A DNA stretch of 36,149 nt from Octopus bimaculoides. Its lineage: Eukaryota. The translations under genes were made by a program, and so were the position numbers. Where the stretch lies: positions 113,989,144 to 114,025,292 of the forward strand of contig NC_068984.1 in the NCBI RefSeq assembly GCF_001194135.2, in the 5' to 3' direction. The notes below the pieces were generated by a model. The model did no database searches and had not been told where the DNA came from. It saw nothing but the letters and a program-made list of their open reading frames with translations. This document shows, piece after piece, positions 22,650 through 34,403 of this stretch (its first letter is position 1; every line of letters starts with the position of its first letter).

Positions 22650-23800
22650 GTATATTCAACTTCGTCTGTTGATATTTCTTTCTTATCCTGTTCCTGACTG
22701 TTCTGGTCACCATATCACGTTTGATGGGGAAAAAAATATCTGGAAGATAGTCTCTCGCAGTTGGTAATAACGTGGATGGTGTCTTCAGACTTGGTTCTAC
22801 ATAGCCAACATTTTTTTTGCCTATCAATGTTATCTGCTATGCAACAGGTACTTGGTTGGAACCTCTTGTTCTTGAATTGCATGGAGGTAACCTTCAAAGT
22901 GGGATATCATAAACTTGTCGGTACTCCATGTCAAGTTTTTGATATGATCAGTTCTTCTATAGAGTGTATGTTTCCTGTCAAGTACCCATGCGGCATTTTC
23001 TCAGTAAACGGGGCCATTTTTTTTCATTTTGTTCTTTTGATAAACAGAATTTACCAATTCTCCTTAGCCCTTATATCATCTCTAATCGTATGTCTCGCCT
23101 CGAGTTTATTAGCTATCCTAATTATGCTATTGATTTTGTGGTCGCAAATTTGGGCAAAATAGTTACTGGTCTCTTTTTCTCTGCTACTGACGCTGCTTTA
23201 GCGTCACAATATGTGCTTCATGAAAGGCGGTGAACTGGCAGAAACGTTAGCACGCCGGACGAAATGCTTAGTGGTGCTTCGTCTGCCGCTACGTTCTGAG
23301 TTCAAATTCTGCCGAGGTCGACTTTGCCTTTCATCCTTTCGGAGTCGATTAAGTAAGTACCAGTTACGCACTGGGGATCGATATAATCGACTTAATCCCT
23401 TTGTCTGTCCTTGTTTGTCCCCTCTGTGCGTAGACCATTGTGGGCAGTAAAGAAATAAGAAACGTTAGCACGCTGGGTGAAATGCTTAGCGGTATTTCGT
23501 GTGCCTTTACGTTCTGAGTTCTAATTTCGTCGAGGTCGACTTTGCCTTTCATCCTTTCGGGGTCGATAAATTAAATACCAGTTGCGTACTGAGATCGATC
23601 TAATCAACTGCCCTCCCTCTCCCAAAATTTCGAGCCTTGTGCCTAGAGTAGAAAAAAAATATGTGCTTCATGAGACATCAATACAGATTTAAGACAACAG
23701 CCACCTCCCTTGCGTAGGAATTTTAACCTGTCTACATCTCCATTGATGCTGAAGTTTCCAGTAACACTGGGCAGCTTGCGACATCTGGCTCATTGAGTTC
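22650..23800 (-). mobile_element. Old R4/Dong-like LINE relic interrupted by a SINE dimer
   Basis: Minus frames: GDVDRLKFLRKGGGCCLKSV (about 23670-23750; cf. DVDRLY.PR..GGRGL) and KCWLCRTKSEDTIHVITNCERLS (CCHC finger; ORF 22715-22897). Confidence 0.75.
23224..23657 (+). mobile_element. Dimeric SINE family A inserted as one unit (16-bp TSD)
   Basis: Two head-core monomers with different tails. TSD aatatgtgcttcatga at 23208-23223 and 23658-23673. Confidence 0.92.
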
Positions 23801-24000
23801 TTGTAATGACTATGTATGTATGTATGTATGTATGTATGTATGTATGTTATCAATCAGTTTCATTTCTGTATTTCTTGTCCATAGAGAAAGAGCCGGACTC
23901 TAACATAGATTCAAGGCTCCTTCATTGGAACTTTTATCAACATCATCTAGGTATTTGTGCATATGTGTGTGTGTGTGCAGTATTTGGTGTTAGTGTATGT

Positions 24001-24136
24001 GCAGATTTGTATGTTTGTTTTATGGATGCGTTTTTATGTATATATTTTCATGTCTAGGCGTATGCATATGTATTTATGCGCAGATTTGTATGTTTGTTTT
24101 ATGGATGCATTTTTATGTATATATTTTCATGTCTAG
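24001..24136. repeat. 57-bp direct duplication (period 79) within TATG-rich low-complexity DNA
   Basis: gcagatttgtatgtttgttttatggatgc[g/a]tttttatgtatatattttcatgtctag at 24001-24057 and 24080-24136. Confidence 0.9.
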
Positions 24137-24274
24137 ATGCATTATGTATGTATGTATGTATGTATGTATGTATGTATGTATGTTTGTATGTATGAGTGTG
24201 TATATGCATGCTTGCATGTATGTATGCGTACTGCATGTATATATGTATTTATGCATGTATACATGCATACATAC

Positions 24275-24635
24275 GTGCTGGCGTGTTGCGTTAAGAATTT
24301 CGCTTTGCAGTCACATGATTTCCGGCTCAGTACAACTGCGTGACATCTTCGACAACTGTCCTCTAGTATAACTCTGGGCTTACCAAAGCTTTGAAAATGA
24401 ATTTGGTAAATTGGAAACTGAGTGGAATCCCGTTGTGCATGTGTATGTGTGTGTGTGTGTGTGTGGATGTGTTTGTGTGTGTGTGTATGTTCTTGTGTTT
24501 GACTTTATCCCGTCCACTTCCCCATGCTTGACAATTAGTATTATTTTGTTTACATCCCTGTATCTTAACTCAATAAGTACCTGACTTAAAGAATTAGTAC
24601 AGAAGTCAATTTGTTCCACTAACCCCTTTAAGGTC
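24275..24635 (+). mobile_element. Old, diverged SINE family C copy
   Basis: accaaagctttg...ggaaactga...cccgttg-(TG)n-...gcttgacaa...gtttacatccctgta...aataagtacc, colinear with the C consensus. Confidence 0.7.
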
Positions 24636-24701
24636 GCAGCTTACAAACTAAAACAAGTATAAAAATGGTCGCAGCTTACAAACTAAAATAAGTATAAAAA
24701 T
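24632..24701. repeat. 35-bp tandem duplication
   Basis: ggtcgcagcttacaaactaaaa[c/t]aagtataaaaat twice. Confidence 0.9.
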
Positions 24702-24721
24702 AGAATATAAATGTGTATGCA

Positions 24722-24788
24722 TTAGTCAGATGTTGCTACACATCCAGATGTTGCTACACATCCAGATAGTCAGATGTTGCTACACATC
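24722..24788. repeat. Short minisatellite (cagatgttgctacacatc x3)
   Basis: Direct reading. Confidence 0.9.
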
Positions 24789-24799
24789 GCTAGTAACAA

Positions 24800-25012
24800 T
24801 GCGCTTTGCATCATTTTAGCCTTCGAATAATATCACCCCGCTAGCTAGGTGAGCAGGCCAACATCCTCTCCCCTGGTCGAAAGGGGAACCGGAAGCAACG
24901 TGAAATGAAGTGTTTTGCTCAAGAGCAAGACTTGCCACTCGGTCTGGGAATCGAACTCACGATCTACTGATCGTGAGTGCAACACCCTAACCACTGGGCC
25001 ATGCACCTTCAC
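24800..25012 (-). mobile_element. tRNA-derived SINE (D/E-type head, different body)
   Basis: Own strand gtgaaggtgcatggcccagtggttagggtg...gagttcgattccc; A and B boxes present. Confidence 0.75.
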
Positions 25013-25046
25013 TTGCATACATAATATATGAGGAAATATTCTTTTA

Positions 25047-25300
25047 TTCTTTTATTTGTTTCAGTCATTTGACTGCGGCCCATGTTGGAGCACCGCCTTA
25101 AAGGGTTTTTTTTTAGTTGAAGAAATCTACCCCAGGACTTATTCTTTGTAAGCCTTGTACTTATTCTACCATTCTCTTATGCCGAACCGCTAAGTTACGG
25201 GGACGTAGACACACTAACATGGTTTGTCAAGTGATGGTGGAAGAACAAAGACAGACAAAAGGAAGACACCTACACATAACTATATACATACATACATACA

Positions 25301-25393
<93 letters not shown>

Positions 25394-25545
25394 CAGGCTT
25401 CTTTCAATTTCCGTCCACTAAATCCACTCACAAGGCTTTGGTCGGCCCGCGGCTATAGTAGAAGCACTCGCCCAAGGTGGCACACAGTGGGACTGAACCC
25501 AGAACCATGTGGCTGGGAAGCAAGCTTCTTACCACACAGCCACAT
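25047..25545 (-). mobile_element. SINE family C with long internal (TG)n
   Basis: Homologous to 10241-10650. Confidence 0.9.
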
Positions 25546-25844
25546 ATATATTTTTATAACAAAGAAAACTTAATAACGTCACTTCAAAGTTTCGGCATCT
25601 TCATGTTCATCATATCAATGACGGACAAGCCAAAACTTCGAAATTACAGTCAACTTTCTCCTTGTAAAAGTTACGAAACAGTGAGTAATCCCTCAGTTTC
25701 ATGCTAAAATATTTCAGGCATAACTTGATACTTAAACATAGACAGACAGACTGACAAACAAACAGACTGACAGACAGACAGACAGACAGGCAGACTGATA
25801 AATAAATAGATACATACATACATACATGCATACGTATATGTATA

Positions 25845-26242
25845 TTGTTGTTGTTGTTGTTGTTGGCACTCCGTCGCTTACGACGTCGAGGGTTCCAGTT
25901 GATCCGATCAACGGAACAGCCTGCTCGTGAAATTAACGTGCAAGTGGTTGAGCACTCCACAGACACGTGTACCCTTAACGTAGTTCTCGGAGATATTCAG
26001 CGTGACACAGTGTGACAAGGCTGACCCTTTGAATTACAGGCACAACAGAAACAGGAAGTAAGAGTGAGAGAAAGTTGTGGTGAAAGAGTACAGCAGGGTT
26101 CGCCACCATCCCCTGCCGGAGCCTCGTGGAGCTTTAGGTGTTTTCGCTCAATAAACACTCACAACGCCCGGTCTGGGAATCGAAACCGTGATCCTCCGAC
26201 CACGAGTCCACTGCCCTAACCACTGGGCCATTGCTCCTCCAC
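25845..26242 (-). mobile_element. Full-length SINE family B with 9-bp TSD
   Basis: (TTG)n tail at left; TSD atatgtata at 25836-25844 and 26243-26251; near-identical to 17867-18260. Confidence 0.95.
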
Positions 26243-26459
26243 ATATGTATAGTAATACGCATAAACACAGAATCACGGAGTTATCTGCCAAGTCTCTTTT
26301 ATTTAAAATAATATTGAAGTTGTTGCCAAATCAAATTTTATCATTTAAGCATAGCACTGAAATCCATTTAATTCTTTTAAAATATTCTATTGGGGATCTA
26401 AGGTAGCTTTACTTGGTGTGTGGATAATTTCAAATGTGTTCTGCAAAACACATGTGCTT

Positions 26460-26689
26460 TGATATATGAGTCTGTATATATATGTGTGTAGGTATGTTTG
26501 TGTGTGTATATAGACAGATTAGATAGATATATAGATAGATAGATAGATAGATAGATACATACATACATACATACATACATACATACATACATACATACAT
26601 ACATACATACATACGTATATACATATATACATATTTGTAAATCTACATATATGCACATATATACATATGTATGTATGTATGTATGTATG

Positions 26690-26728
<39 letters not shown>

Positions 26729-26744
26729 ATGCATCTATGTATGT

Positions 26745-26791
<47 letters not shown>

Positions 26792-26990
26792 TACACACGC
26801 ATGTTTGTATACACACACAAGCATATAATATGTGAGTATATACGTATATATAAATGTGGTGTTGGGGCTTCCTCAACGTTTCGACGAATGAGGGTTCGCA
26901 TTCATACATATGTAAGTGTGTATGTATAATACATATGTATGTATGTGTGTGTGTGTTAGTGTGTCTGTGTATGTATGTGTATGTGTGTGT
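26460..26990. repeat. Compound AGAT/TACA/TA/TG microsatellite field
   Basis: Direct reading. Confidence 0.9.
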
Positions 26991-27555
26991 GAAAGCAGGT
27001 GAGTGTTCTTCGTTGCATCTGTTCATCCTAACAATATATTAAAATTGATGCACGACTCCCTAGAAATAGCGAATATACATATAACGAGAACCCTGCTGAG
27101 AAAGAGAGAGACAGACAGACAGAGAGCAGGAGAGAGAGAGAGAGACAGAGAGAGAGAAGAAATCTATAAATTAAGTAAACATTTAATGCAGATCAGACCT
27201 TCTGGCAACAAAGTAATCGAAATTGAAGACATGAAAAATTCCTGTTAATGTTATTCTCTTGTTTTGCATTTCTTCCCGAAATTTTATAAGAATATCTATT
27301 CGTGGATTTCATTTTTTCAGCTTCTTTCCAAAATAGGGCTTTTGTATGTAATATTGTCATCTGTGTTTATGGGTGTGGATGTCCTTATGTGTGTGTGTGT
27401 GTGTGTATGATGTTTTGTATGTGTATGCTATGTGCGTGGTATATGATAAAGTATCAGTTATAAATTGAACAAATGTATACGCGTGCGTGTGTTCTGCATA
27501 GAAATGTGTGAATGCATGTGTGTGTATGATTACATGCATATTAATATATACATGA

Positions 27556-27744
27556 ATAATCCTTACTACTATAGGCACAAGGCCCGAAATTTGGGGGAGG
27601 GGGTTAGTCGATTACATCGACCCCGTCACTCAACTGGTACTTAATTTATCGACCTCGAAAGGATGAAAGTCAAAGTCGACCTCGGCATAATTTGAACTCA
27701 ACGTAACGGCGTGCTAACGATTCTACCAGCTCGCCGCCTTTATA
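27556..27744 (-). mobile_element. SINE family A with internal deletion and 11-bp TSD
   Basis: TSD tatatacatga at 27545-27555 and 27745-27755. Confidence 0.88.
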
Positions 27745-27800
27745 TATATACATGAGTTTTAAGTTTTAAGTAGATAGATAGATAGATAGATAGATAGATT

Positions 27801-28121
27801 TGCATTCCGTGGATTACGACGACGTGGGTTCCAGATGATCCGATCAACGGAACAGCCTGCTCATGAAATTAACATGCAAGTGGCTGTGTACTCCACGTAC
27901 ACGTGTACTCTTAACGTAGTTCTCAAGGAGATTCAGCGTGACACAGAATGTGACAAGGAGGGCCCTTTGAAATAGAGGTACTACTCATTTTTGCCACTTG
28001 AGTGAACTGGAGAAATGTGAAATAAAGTGTCTTGCTCATGGACACAACGTGCCGCCGGGAATTGAACTCGTGACCTTACGATCATGAGCCGAACACCCTG
28101 ACTACTAAGCCAAGCCTTCAC
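27801..28121 (-). mobile_element. SINE family D (E-type head joined to B-type tail)
   Basis: 27801-27975 is homologous to the B tail (25865-26035); 28000-28121 is homologous to the E head (28648-28790). Confidence 0.85.
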
Positions 28122-28647
28122 AGATAAAGATATAGACATAGATATACGTATGTATACAATTATATCAATGTATATGCTAATATATGTGTGAGTGTATATG
28201 TGTGCGTGTGTTTGTGTATATAAACTTATACATATACATAAGCGTATATATACACATAATACATGCATATATATACGCATGCATATCTATACATGTAAGT
28301 ATATATATATATATATATATATATNNNNNNNNNNNNNNNNNNNNNNNNNNNNNNNNNNNNNNNNNNNNNNNNNNNNNNNNNNNNNNNNNNNNNNNNNNNN
28401 NNNNNNNNNNNNNNNNNNNNNNNNNNNNNNNNNNNNNNNNNNNNNNNNNNNNNNNNNNNNNNNNNNNNNNNNNNNNNNNNNNNNNNNNNNNNNNNNNNNN
28501 NNNNNNNNNNNNNNNNNNNNNNNNNNNNNNNNNNNNNNNNNNNNNNNNNNNNNNNNNNNNNNNNNNNNNNNNNNNNNNNNNNNNNNNNNNNNNNNNNNNN
28601 NNNNNNNNNNNNNNNNNNNNNNNNNNNNNNNNNNNNGGGGGGGGGGG

Positions 28648-28988
28648 GTGAAGGCGCATCGCTCAGTGGTTAGAACGTCGAGCTTACGATCGTGAGGTTG
28701 TAAGTTCGATTCCCGGACCGGGCTGAGTGTTGTGTTCTTGAGCAAGACACTTTATTTCACGTTGCTCCAATTAACTCAGCTGTAGAAATGAGTTGAGACA
28801 TTACTGGTGCCAAGCTGTATCGATCAGCCTTTGCCTTTCCCTTGGATAACATCGGTTGCGTGGAGAGGGGAGGCTTGTATGCATGGGTGACTGCTGGTAT
28901 TCCATAAACAACCTTGTTCGGACTTGTGCCTGGGAGGCTAACTTTCTAGGTGCAATCCCATGGTCATTCGTGACCGAAGGGGGTCACG
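28648..28988 (+). mobile_element. Full-length tRNA-derived SINE family E
   Basis: A box-like cgctcagtgg, B box gttcgattcc; 3' end cccatggtcattcgtgaccgaaggggg; homologous to 34404-34762. Confidence 0.9.
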
Positions 28989-29241
28989 ATATATATATAT
29001 ATATATATATACATATTACATATTACATATTACATATATATGCATATTTCAGATTACATAACAGGAATCTGGAAAATAGGAATTAGAAAATTGTACATGT
29101 TGGATAAACCGTAGGAGGACACAGTTTGGAGTTTCCTGCAACCTACATAATGTGTGTGTGCGTGTGTGTGCGTGTGCGTATGTGTGTGTGTGTGCGTGCG
29201 TGTGCGTGTGTGTGTGCGTGTGTATGTGCATACACATTATT

Positions 29242-29295
<54 letters not shown>

Positions 29296-29503
29296 TAATT
29301 AGCCCAAATACGCACACATATATCAATTTATCTCATTATCTTTCTGTCTGTGTGCAATATTATCGTGGTCACCAGTTTTAGTGATAACTATATTTTGATT
29401 TGATTGTCGCCGGTGTTACGAAGGGTTAAGAGATGAATGAATAACAGGTCTGTATGAAGCTTCAAATACATTATGTTTTATATATCTTTAAAGCAATGTA
29501 GCG

Positions 29504-29728
29504 TTACAAAGAACGACAGAAAAGGTATTTAAGCCAAGTCAAGCGGTTTGGGGAGATATTGTGTCGGTAATTACTGTAGCCAACGTTGTGTGAACTGAGT
29601 TCGTCGCCGTGGTCGTCACTGCAGCTTGTAGTTGCCGTTGAGCGCCATAAATTTGCACGGCAGTAGTTCTTGGCTGCTTTACGAACACTGAGAGTTATCA
29701 GAATAAAGAAACCATATATATGCTCTGT
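29504..29728 (-). CDS. Candidate terminal coding exon, 74 aa (TEHIYGFFILITLSVRKAAKNYCRANLWRSTATTSCSDDHGDELSSHNVGYSNYRHNISPNRLTWLKYLFCRSL*)
   Basis: Acceptor ccgttttctttgacag|, 225-nt open frame to TAA, GC-richer than the flanks, not similar to any repeat in the window. Protein not recognised. Confidence 0.4.
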   Translation of the reverse strand, partial: TEHIYGFFILITLSVRKAAKNYCRANLWRSTATTSCSDDHGDELSSHNVGYSNYRHNISPNRLTWLKYLFCRSL

Positions 29729-29800
29729 CTGTCAAAGAAAACGGTACCAAGTTGAAATTGTTAATGGCAATTCCATATCTTGTTCGTCCCCAAAAAGTGC

Positions 29801-29831
<31 letters not shown>

Positions 29832-29839
29832 CTTTTCTC

Positions 29840-30302
29840 TTTACTTGTTTCAGTCATTTGACTGCGGCCATGCTAGAGCACCGCCTTTAGTCGAGCAAAT
29901 CGACCCCAGGANNNNNNNNNNTTTACTTGTTTCAGTCATTTGACTGCGGCCATGCTAGAGCACCGCCTTTAGTCGAGCAAATCGACCCCAGGACTTATTC
30001 TTTGGAAGCCTAGTACTTATTCTCCCGGTCTCTTCTGCCGAACCGCTAAGTTACGAGGACGTAAACACACCACCATCAGTTGTCAAGTGGTGTTGGTGGG
30101 GACAAACACAGTCATACAAACATATACACACACATAGATACGACGGGCTTCTTTCAGTTTCCGTCTACCATATCCACTCACAAGGCTTTGGTCGGCCCGA
30201 GGCTATAGTAGAAGACACTTGCCCAAGGTTCCACGCAGTAGGACTGAACCCGGAACCATGTGGTTGGTAAGCAAGCTACTTACCACACAGCCACTCCTGC
30301 AC
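29840..30302 (-). mobile_element. SINE family C (3' 72 bp duplicated across a 10-N gap)
   Basis: Homologous to 10241-10650. Confidence 0.9.
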
Positions 30303-30953
30303 CTATATATATATATATATNNNNNNNNNNNNNNNNNNNNNNNNNNNNNNNNNNNNNNNNNNNNNNNNNNNNNNNNNNNNNNNNNNNNNNNNNNNNNNNN
30401 NNNNNNNNNNNNNNNNNNNNNNNNNNNNNNNNNNNNNNNNNNNNNNNNNNNNNNNNNNNNNNNNNNNNNNNNNNNNNNNNNNNNNNNNNNNNNNNNNNNN
30501 NNNNNNNNNNNNNNNNNNNNNNNNNNNNNNNNNNNNNNNNNNNNNNNNNNNNNNNNNNNNNNNNNNNNNNNNNNNNNNNNNNNNNNNNNNNNNNNNNNNN
30601 NNNNNNNNNNNNNNNNNNNNNNNNNNNNNNNNNNNNNNNNNNNNNNNNNNNNNNNNNNNNNNNNNNNNNNNNNNNNNNNNNNNNNNNNNNNNNNNNNNNN
30701 NNNNNNNNNNNNNNNNNNNNNNNNNNNNNNNNNNNNNNNNNNNNNNNNNNNNNNNNNNNNNNNNNNNNNNNNNNNNNNNNNNNNNNNNNNNNNNNNNNNN
30801 NNNNNNNNNNNNNNNNNNNNNNNNNNNNNNNNNNNNNNNNNNNNNNNNNNNNNNNNNNNNNNNNNNNNNNNNNNNNNNNNNNNNNNNNNNNNNNNNNNNN
30901 NNNNNNNNNNNNNNNNNNNNNNNNNNNNNNNNNNNNNNNNNNNNNNNNNNNNN

Positions 30954-31008
<55 letters not shown>

Positions 31009-31559
31009 CACTATAAGAAGTAGAAGGCCAAACAGTGCAAAACGGTCCCGAAATATTGGACAATAACAACGATAATGATCCCTCTTGCATTGTTTGCCCT
31101 TCTAACTCTATCAGCGTCACATATCATATACAATACTTCAAGTAAACCACATTTTATTGTACATATATATATATATATAACAAACGATAGAGACGGAAAT
31201 GGAACACACGGGCAACTTTATTGCTCACAACGATTGTTTCCACGGGCGTGTTCTGCCTCATCTTCGAAACGCCTAGTTTAGAATAGAGGCAGCTGATGAA
31301 GGAAAAGTTCCATAAGTGGATCGTCTGTTTTCCTATGTGTTCATTCTGTTGTCCGTAAAAAAAAGTCCGTTTTTGTGCCGTTCCTTTTTTGACGTCCTGT
31401 ACCCGGATATGCATCTATATATATACATGTAGATGTAGGTATGTACATATATGTATGTATACATGCATGTGCTCAAATATCATTTGTATTATATATATAT
31501 GTATCTACTCTTCAAACTGACTTGCATCTACTAGTTAGAGGCTTAATGTAAAATAGGAA

Positions 31560-31965
31560 ATGAGTCACCAACAGCTTGTTCTGCCTTAGCAGCCTTACCA
31601 TTTTTCCCTTACGAATCCTTTGGTTGTTGACAAATGGTGCTTGTACTCCTTAACTATCTGCTAGTTCATTCATTGGGCAATTTCTCTGAGGACCTTGTGC
31701 TCTCGCGTGTATCAATCTTCCTTCCGTGTGCCATAACATTCGATCAAAAGGTGGTTCAGAGTACAGAGAGTTGTTTCACACTGATGTGACATGATAGGTC
31801 TTCCACTTCGCTCCAGATTTTAAGGTTATTTAGTGTTGACAAGAGGCCAGAAGTAACACCCAAGAAGAAAGAGGATTTTTTCCCAGTCAATACTCTAGAG
31901 TTTCCTCCAGGTTTGCGATCGCTCGTGAACCTAATCTCACAATGTCCATTGTCCCCTGGCGAGCA
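31560..31965 (-). mobile_element. HERO-like (restriction-like endonuclease group) LINE relic
   Basis: Minus frames, with stops and frameshifts: GQWTL*D*VHERSQTWRKL*SIDWEKILFLL; NNLKIWSEVEDLSC; CTLNHLLIEC...YTREHKVLREIA; GFVREK. These parallel HERO-type QGxWTxWE...W, NLxxW, LxHILSxC...GRYxWRHxxVL and FVxxG motifs. Confidence 0.6.
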
Positions 31966-32015
31966 ATTACAACCGCTATTATACGCATTTACTGCTTTTT
32001 ATAAATACGTGCATG

Positions 32016-32019
<4 letters not shown>

Positions 32020-32087
<68 letters not shown>

Positions 32088-32098
32088 CGCGCGCGCGT
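32020..32098. repeat. (TG)n(CG)n microsatellite
   Basis: Direct reading. Confidence 0.95.
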
Positions 32099-32499
32099 GT
32101 TTCTGTCTGTGCATCTGCATTTTCTTTCACGGTGGAGATCCTTTATACTCTTTAAATTGTTTCAGCTTCAAAGCTGTGGTCATGCTGGGGCACCTCTTAA
32201 CTCAGTATGCGTAGCGTCTCCAGCTGACACTGTTTTTAATTAAATGGGATAACTCGATAATTATATTTTGTGCGATTTAATTAATTTTTCCACCTTATTT
32301 GCATTAACCTCAAATTCAAGCATCTTACGCAGTTTATTACATCATTACAATCCTGTATTTATTTTTCCCCAACTCTTTAAGGCCGAAGAGATTCTGAGGG
32401 ATTTTTTTTCTTTTTACCATTTTTTCGACAAAGAATTTAAAATAATATTCAGTAATCTCTTGAAGTGTTTATTATATTTTAATTGATATCAAATATTTG

Positions 32500-32702
32500 T
32501 TTCTAATTTTGGCATAAGGCCAGCAATTTTGAGGGGAGGGGAAGTCGATTACATCGACCCCAGTACTCAACTGGTACTTATTTTATTAACTACAAAAGAT
32601 AAAGTCGGCCTCAGCGGAATTTGAACTAAGAACGTAATGAGTCTAAAGAAATGCTGCTAAGTAGTTTGTACGCCACGCTAACGATTCTACCAGTTTGCGT
32701 CC
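32500..32702 (-). mobile_element. SINE family A
   Basis: Core gtcgattacatcgaccccagt...ggaatttgaactaagaacg...gctaacgattctaccag. Confidence 0.85.
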
Positions 32703-32720
32703 TTATGATTAATTAAATAA

Positions 32721-32937
32721 CCCTTTCTACTATAGGCACAACACCTAAAATCTCGGAGGAAGGGGCTAGTCGATTACATCGACCCCAGTAATTGACTGGT
32801 AAGTATTTCATCGATTCCATAAAGAATGATAGACTAAGTCGACCACGGCGGAATTCGAACTCAAAACGTAATGAGTCTGAAGAAATATTGCTAAGCATTT
32901 TGTCCGGCGTGCTAATTATTCATCTCGCTCGCTGCCC
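32721..32937 (-). mobile_element. SINE family A with its own 18-bp TSD
   Basis: ttatga[t/c]taattaaataa at 32703-32720 and 32938-32955. Confidence 0.85.
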
Positions 32938-33104
32938 TTATGACTAATTAAATAATAACCTAGAGTACTTTTGCTGCGTGTTTCTCGTTCAGAGATTTAG
33001 AACTAATAGATTTTCTATAAATAATAACCATGATGTTCATAACTGTTTTTGACAGTCATTGCCTACAAGATCTTTGAAATTTGCTGATGTGATTTCAAAT
33101 TTCC

Positions 33105-33290
33105 TTTCTTAGTCATTAGATTACAGCCATGCTGGAGCACCATCTTGAAGGGTTTTCTGGGATAAACCCAGAAGTCCGGCGCGTATTTTATCGTTCTCTT
33201 TTTTTAGCAGAAATGTTATGTTGCGGAGGCGTAAACAACCAATACTAGTTATCAAGCAATAAGAGTACAAGCACAAAGACGCACACATAC
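33105..33290 (-). mobile_element. Old SINE family C 3' fragment
   Basis: agtcattagattacagccatgctggagcaccatcttgaagg...gcgtaaacaaccaatactagttatcaagc. Confidence 0.7.
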
Positions 33291-33457
33291 GCATATACAT
33301 TGATAGAGAGACAGATAGAGGCAAACAGTCAGACAGGCAGACATAATTATTGTTTTAATCGACTGAAGTTGCAAAGGGACTTAAGCGCCGAGTTTCGTAC
33401 ATGGTTCATATCAGACTCTCTGACCTTGAGTCTCTTTGTAATTTCTGCCGATTAAAA

Positions 33458-33499
<42 letters not shown>

Positions 33500-34022
33500 G
33501 TTCAGACATTAGTTTTTATTTGTCTTGTTTGCTCTACAAAAACCTATATTTATGTGTGTGCATATATTTAGTACATATAGAGATACATATATGTTATATT
33601 TATGCATATGCGTGTATACATGTGTATATATGAGTGTATAGGTATGTGTGAGCGTGAACATATGCATATGTGCAAGCACATGCGTGTACATATGACCGTT
33701 TATATATATTTATGTGTTTATACTAAAGTTAACGCTTCAATTTGATACCTATATAACTGAACTTATTCTAATTAAGAATAGATTTCTATCTAGTTTACTG
33801 AAGGTAAATATAAACTATGACAGAAATAACCATCAACTAAGATGATGGGAATATGTGAAATATTTGATGAAGGTTGGTCTGTAAATGTAGCCTCAGAATT
33901 ATAAAGCAAATCGTTGTGAACACTTGCTGAATTGAAAAGTGAGGCTACCTTGATATTTCACACCTGTTTTCTTGCTCTAATCTAAGGGTCGGTTAATCTG
34001 GTTTTCACTACAGAAACTTTAT

Positions 34023-34254
34023 AAGGCGGTGAGCTGGCAGAACCGTTAGCACGCCGGGCAAAATGCTTAGCGGTATTTCGTCTGCTGTTACGTTCTGAGT
34101 TCAAATTCCGCCGAGGTCGACTTTGCCTTTCAACCTTTCGGGGTCGATAAATTAAGTACCAGTTACGCACTGGGGTCGATGTAATCGACTTAATTCCTTT
34201 GTCTGTCCTTGTTTGTCCCTTCTATATTTAGCCCCTTGTGGGCAATAATGAAAT
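34023..34254 (+). mobile_element. SINE family A monomer (left-arm tail type) with 12-bp TSD
   Basis: TSD cagaaactttat at 34011-34022 and 34255-34266. Confidence 0.92.
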
Positions 34255-34403
34255 CAGAAACTTTATGCAAGTTTCTCTAATGGAGGATAGCTTTAAGACG
34301 TTTGTATTTACGTCGGTCTAATCTATATTCCATTTTCGGGGGATATCCCTACATGCTACCTTTGTAGTGCGGTTCTCTTTCTTCAGTTATTTAATATGAA
34401 GGC

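Noticed and set aside
29840-29993. Exact 72-bp tandem duplication of a SINE 3' end
   Set aside because: The two identical copies flank a 10-N gap, the typical signature of an unmerged contig overlap (assembly artefact).
31245-31325. CTGATGA preceded by a ctgcctc/gaggcag stem and followed by a ggaa/ttcc hairpin
   Set aside because: No GAAA after stem II (ATAA instead) and no in-register stem III. At most a badly decayed hammerhead.
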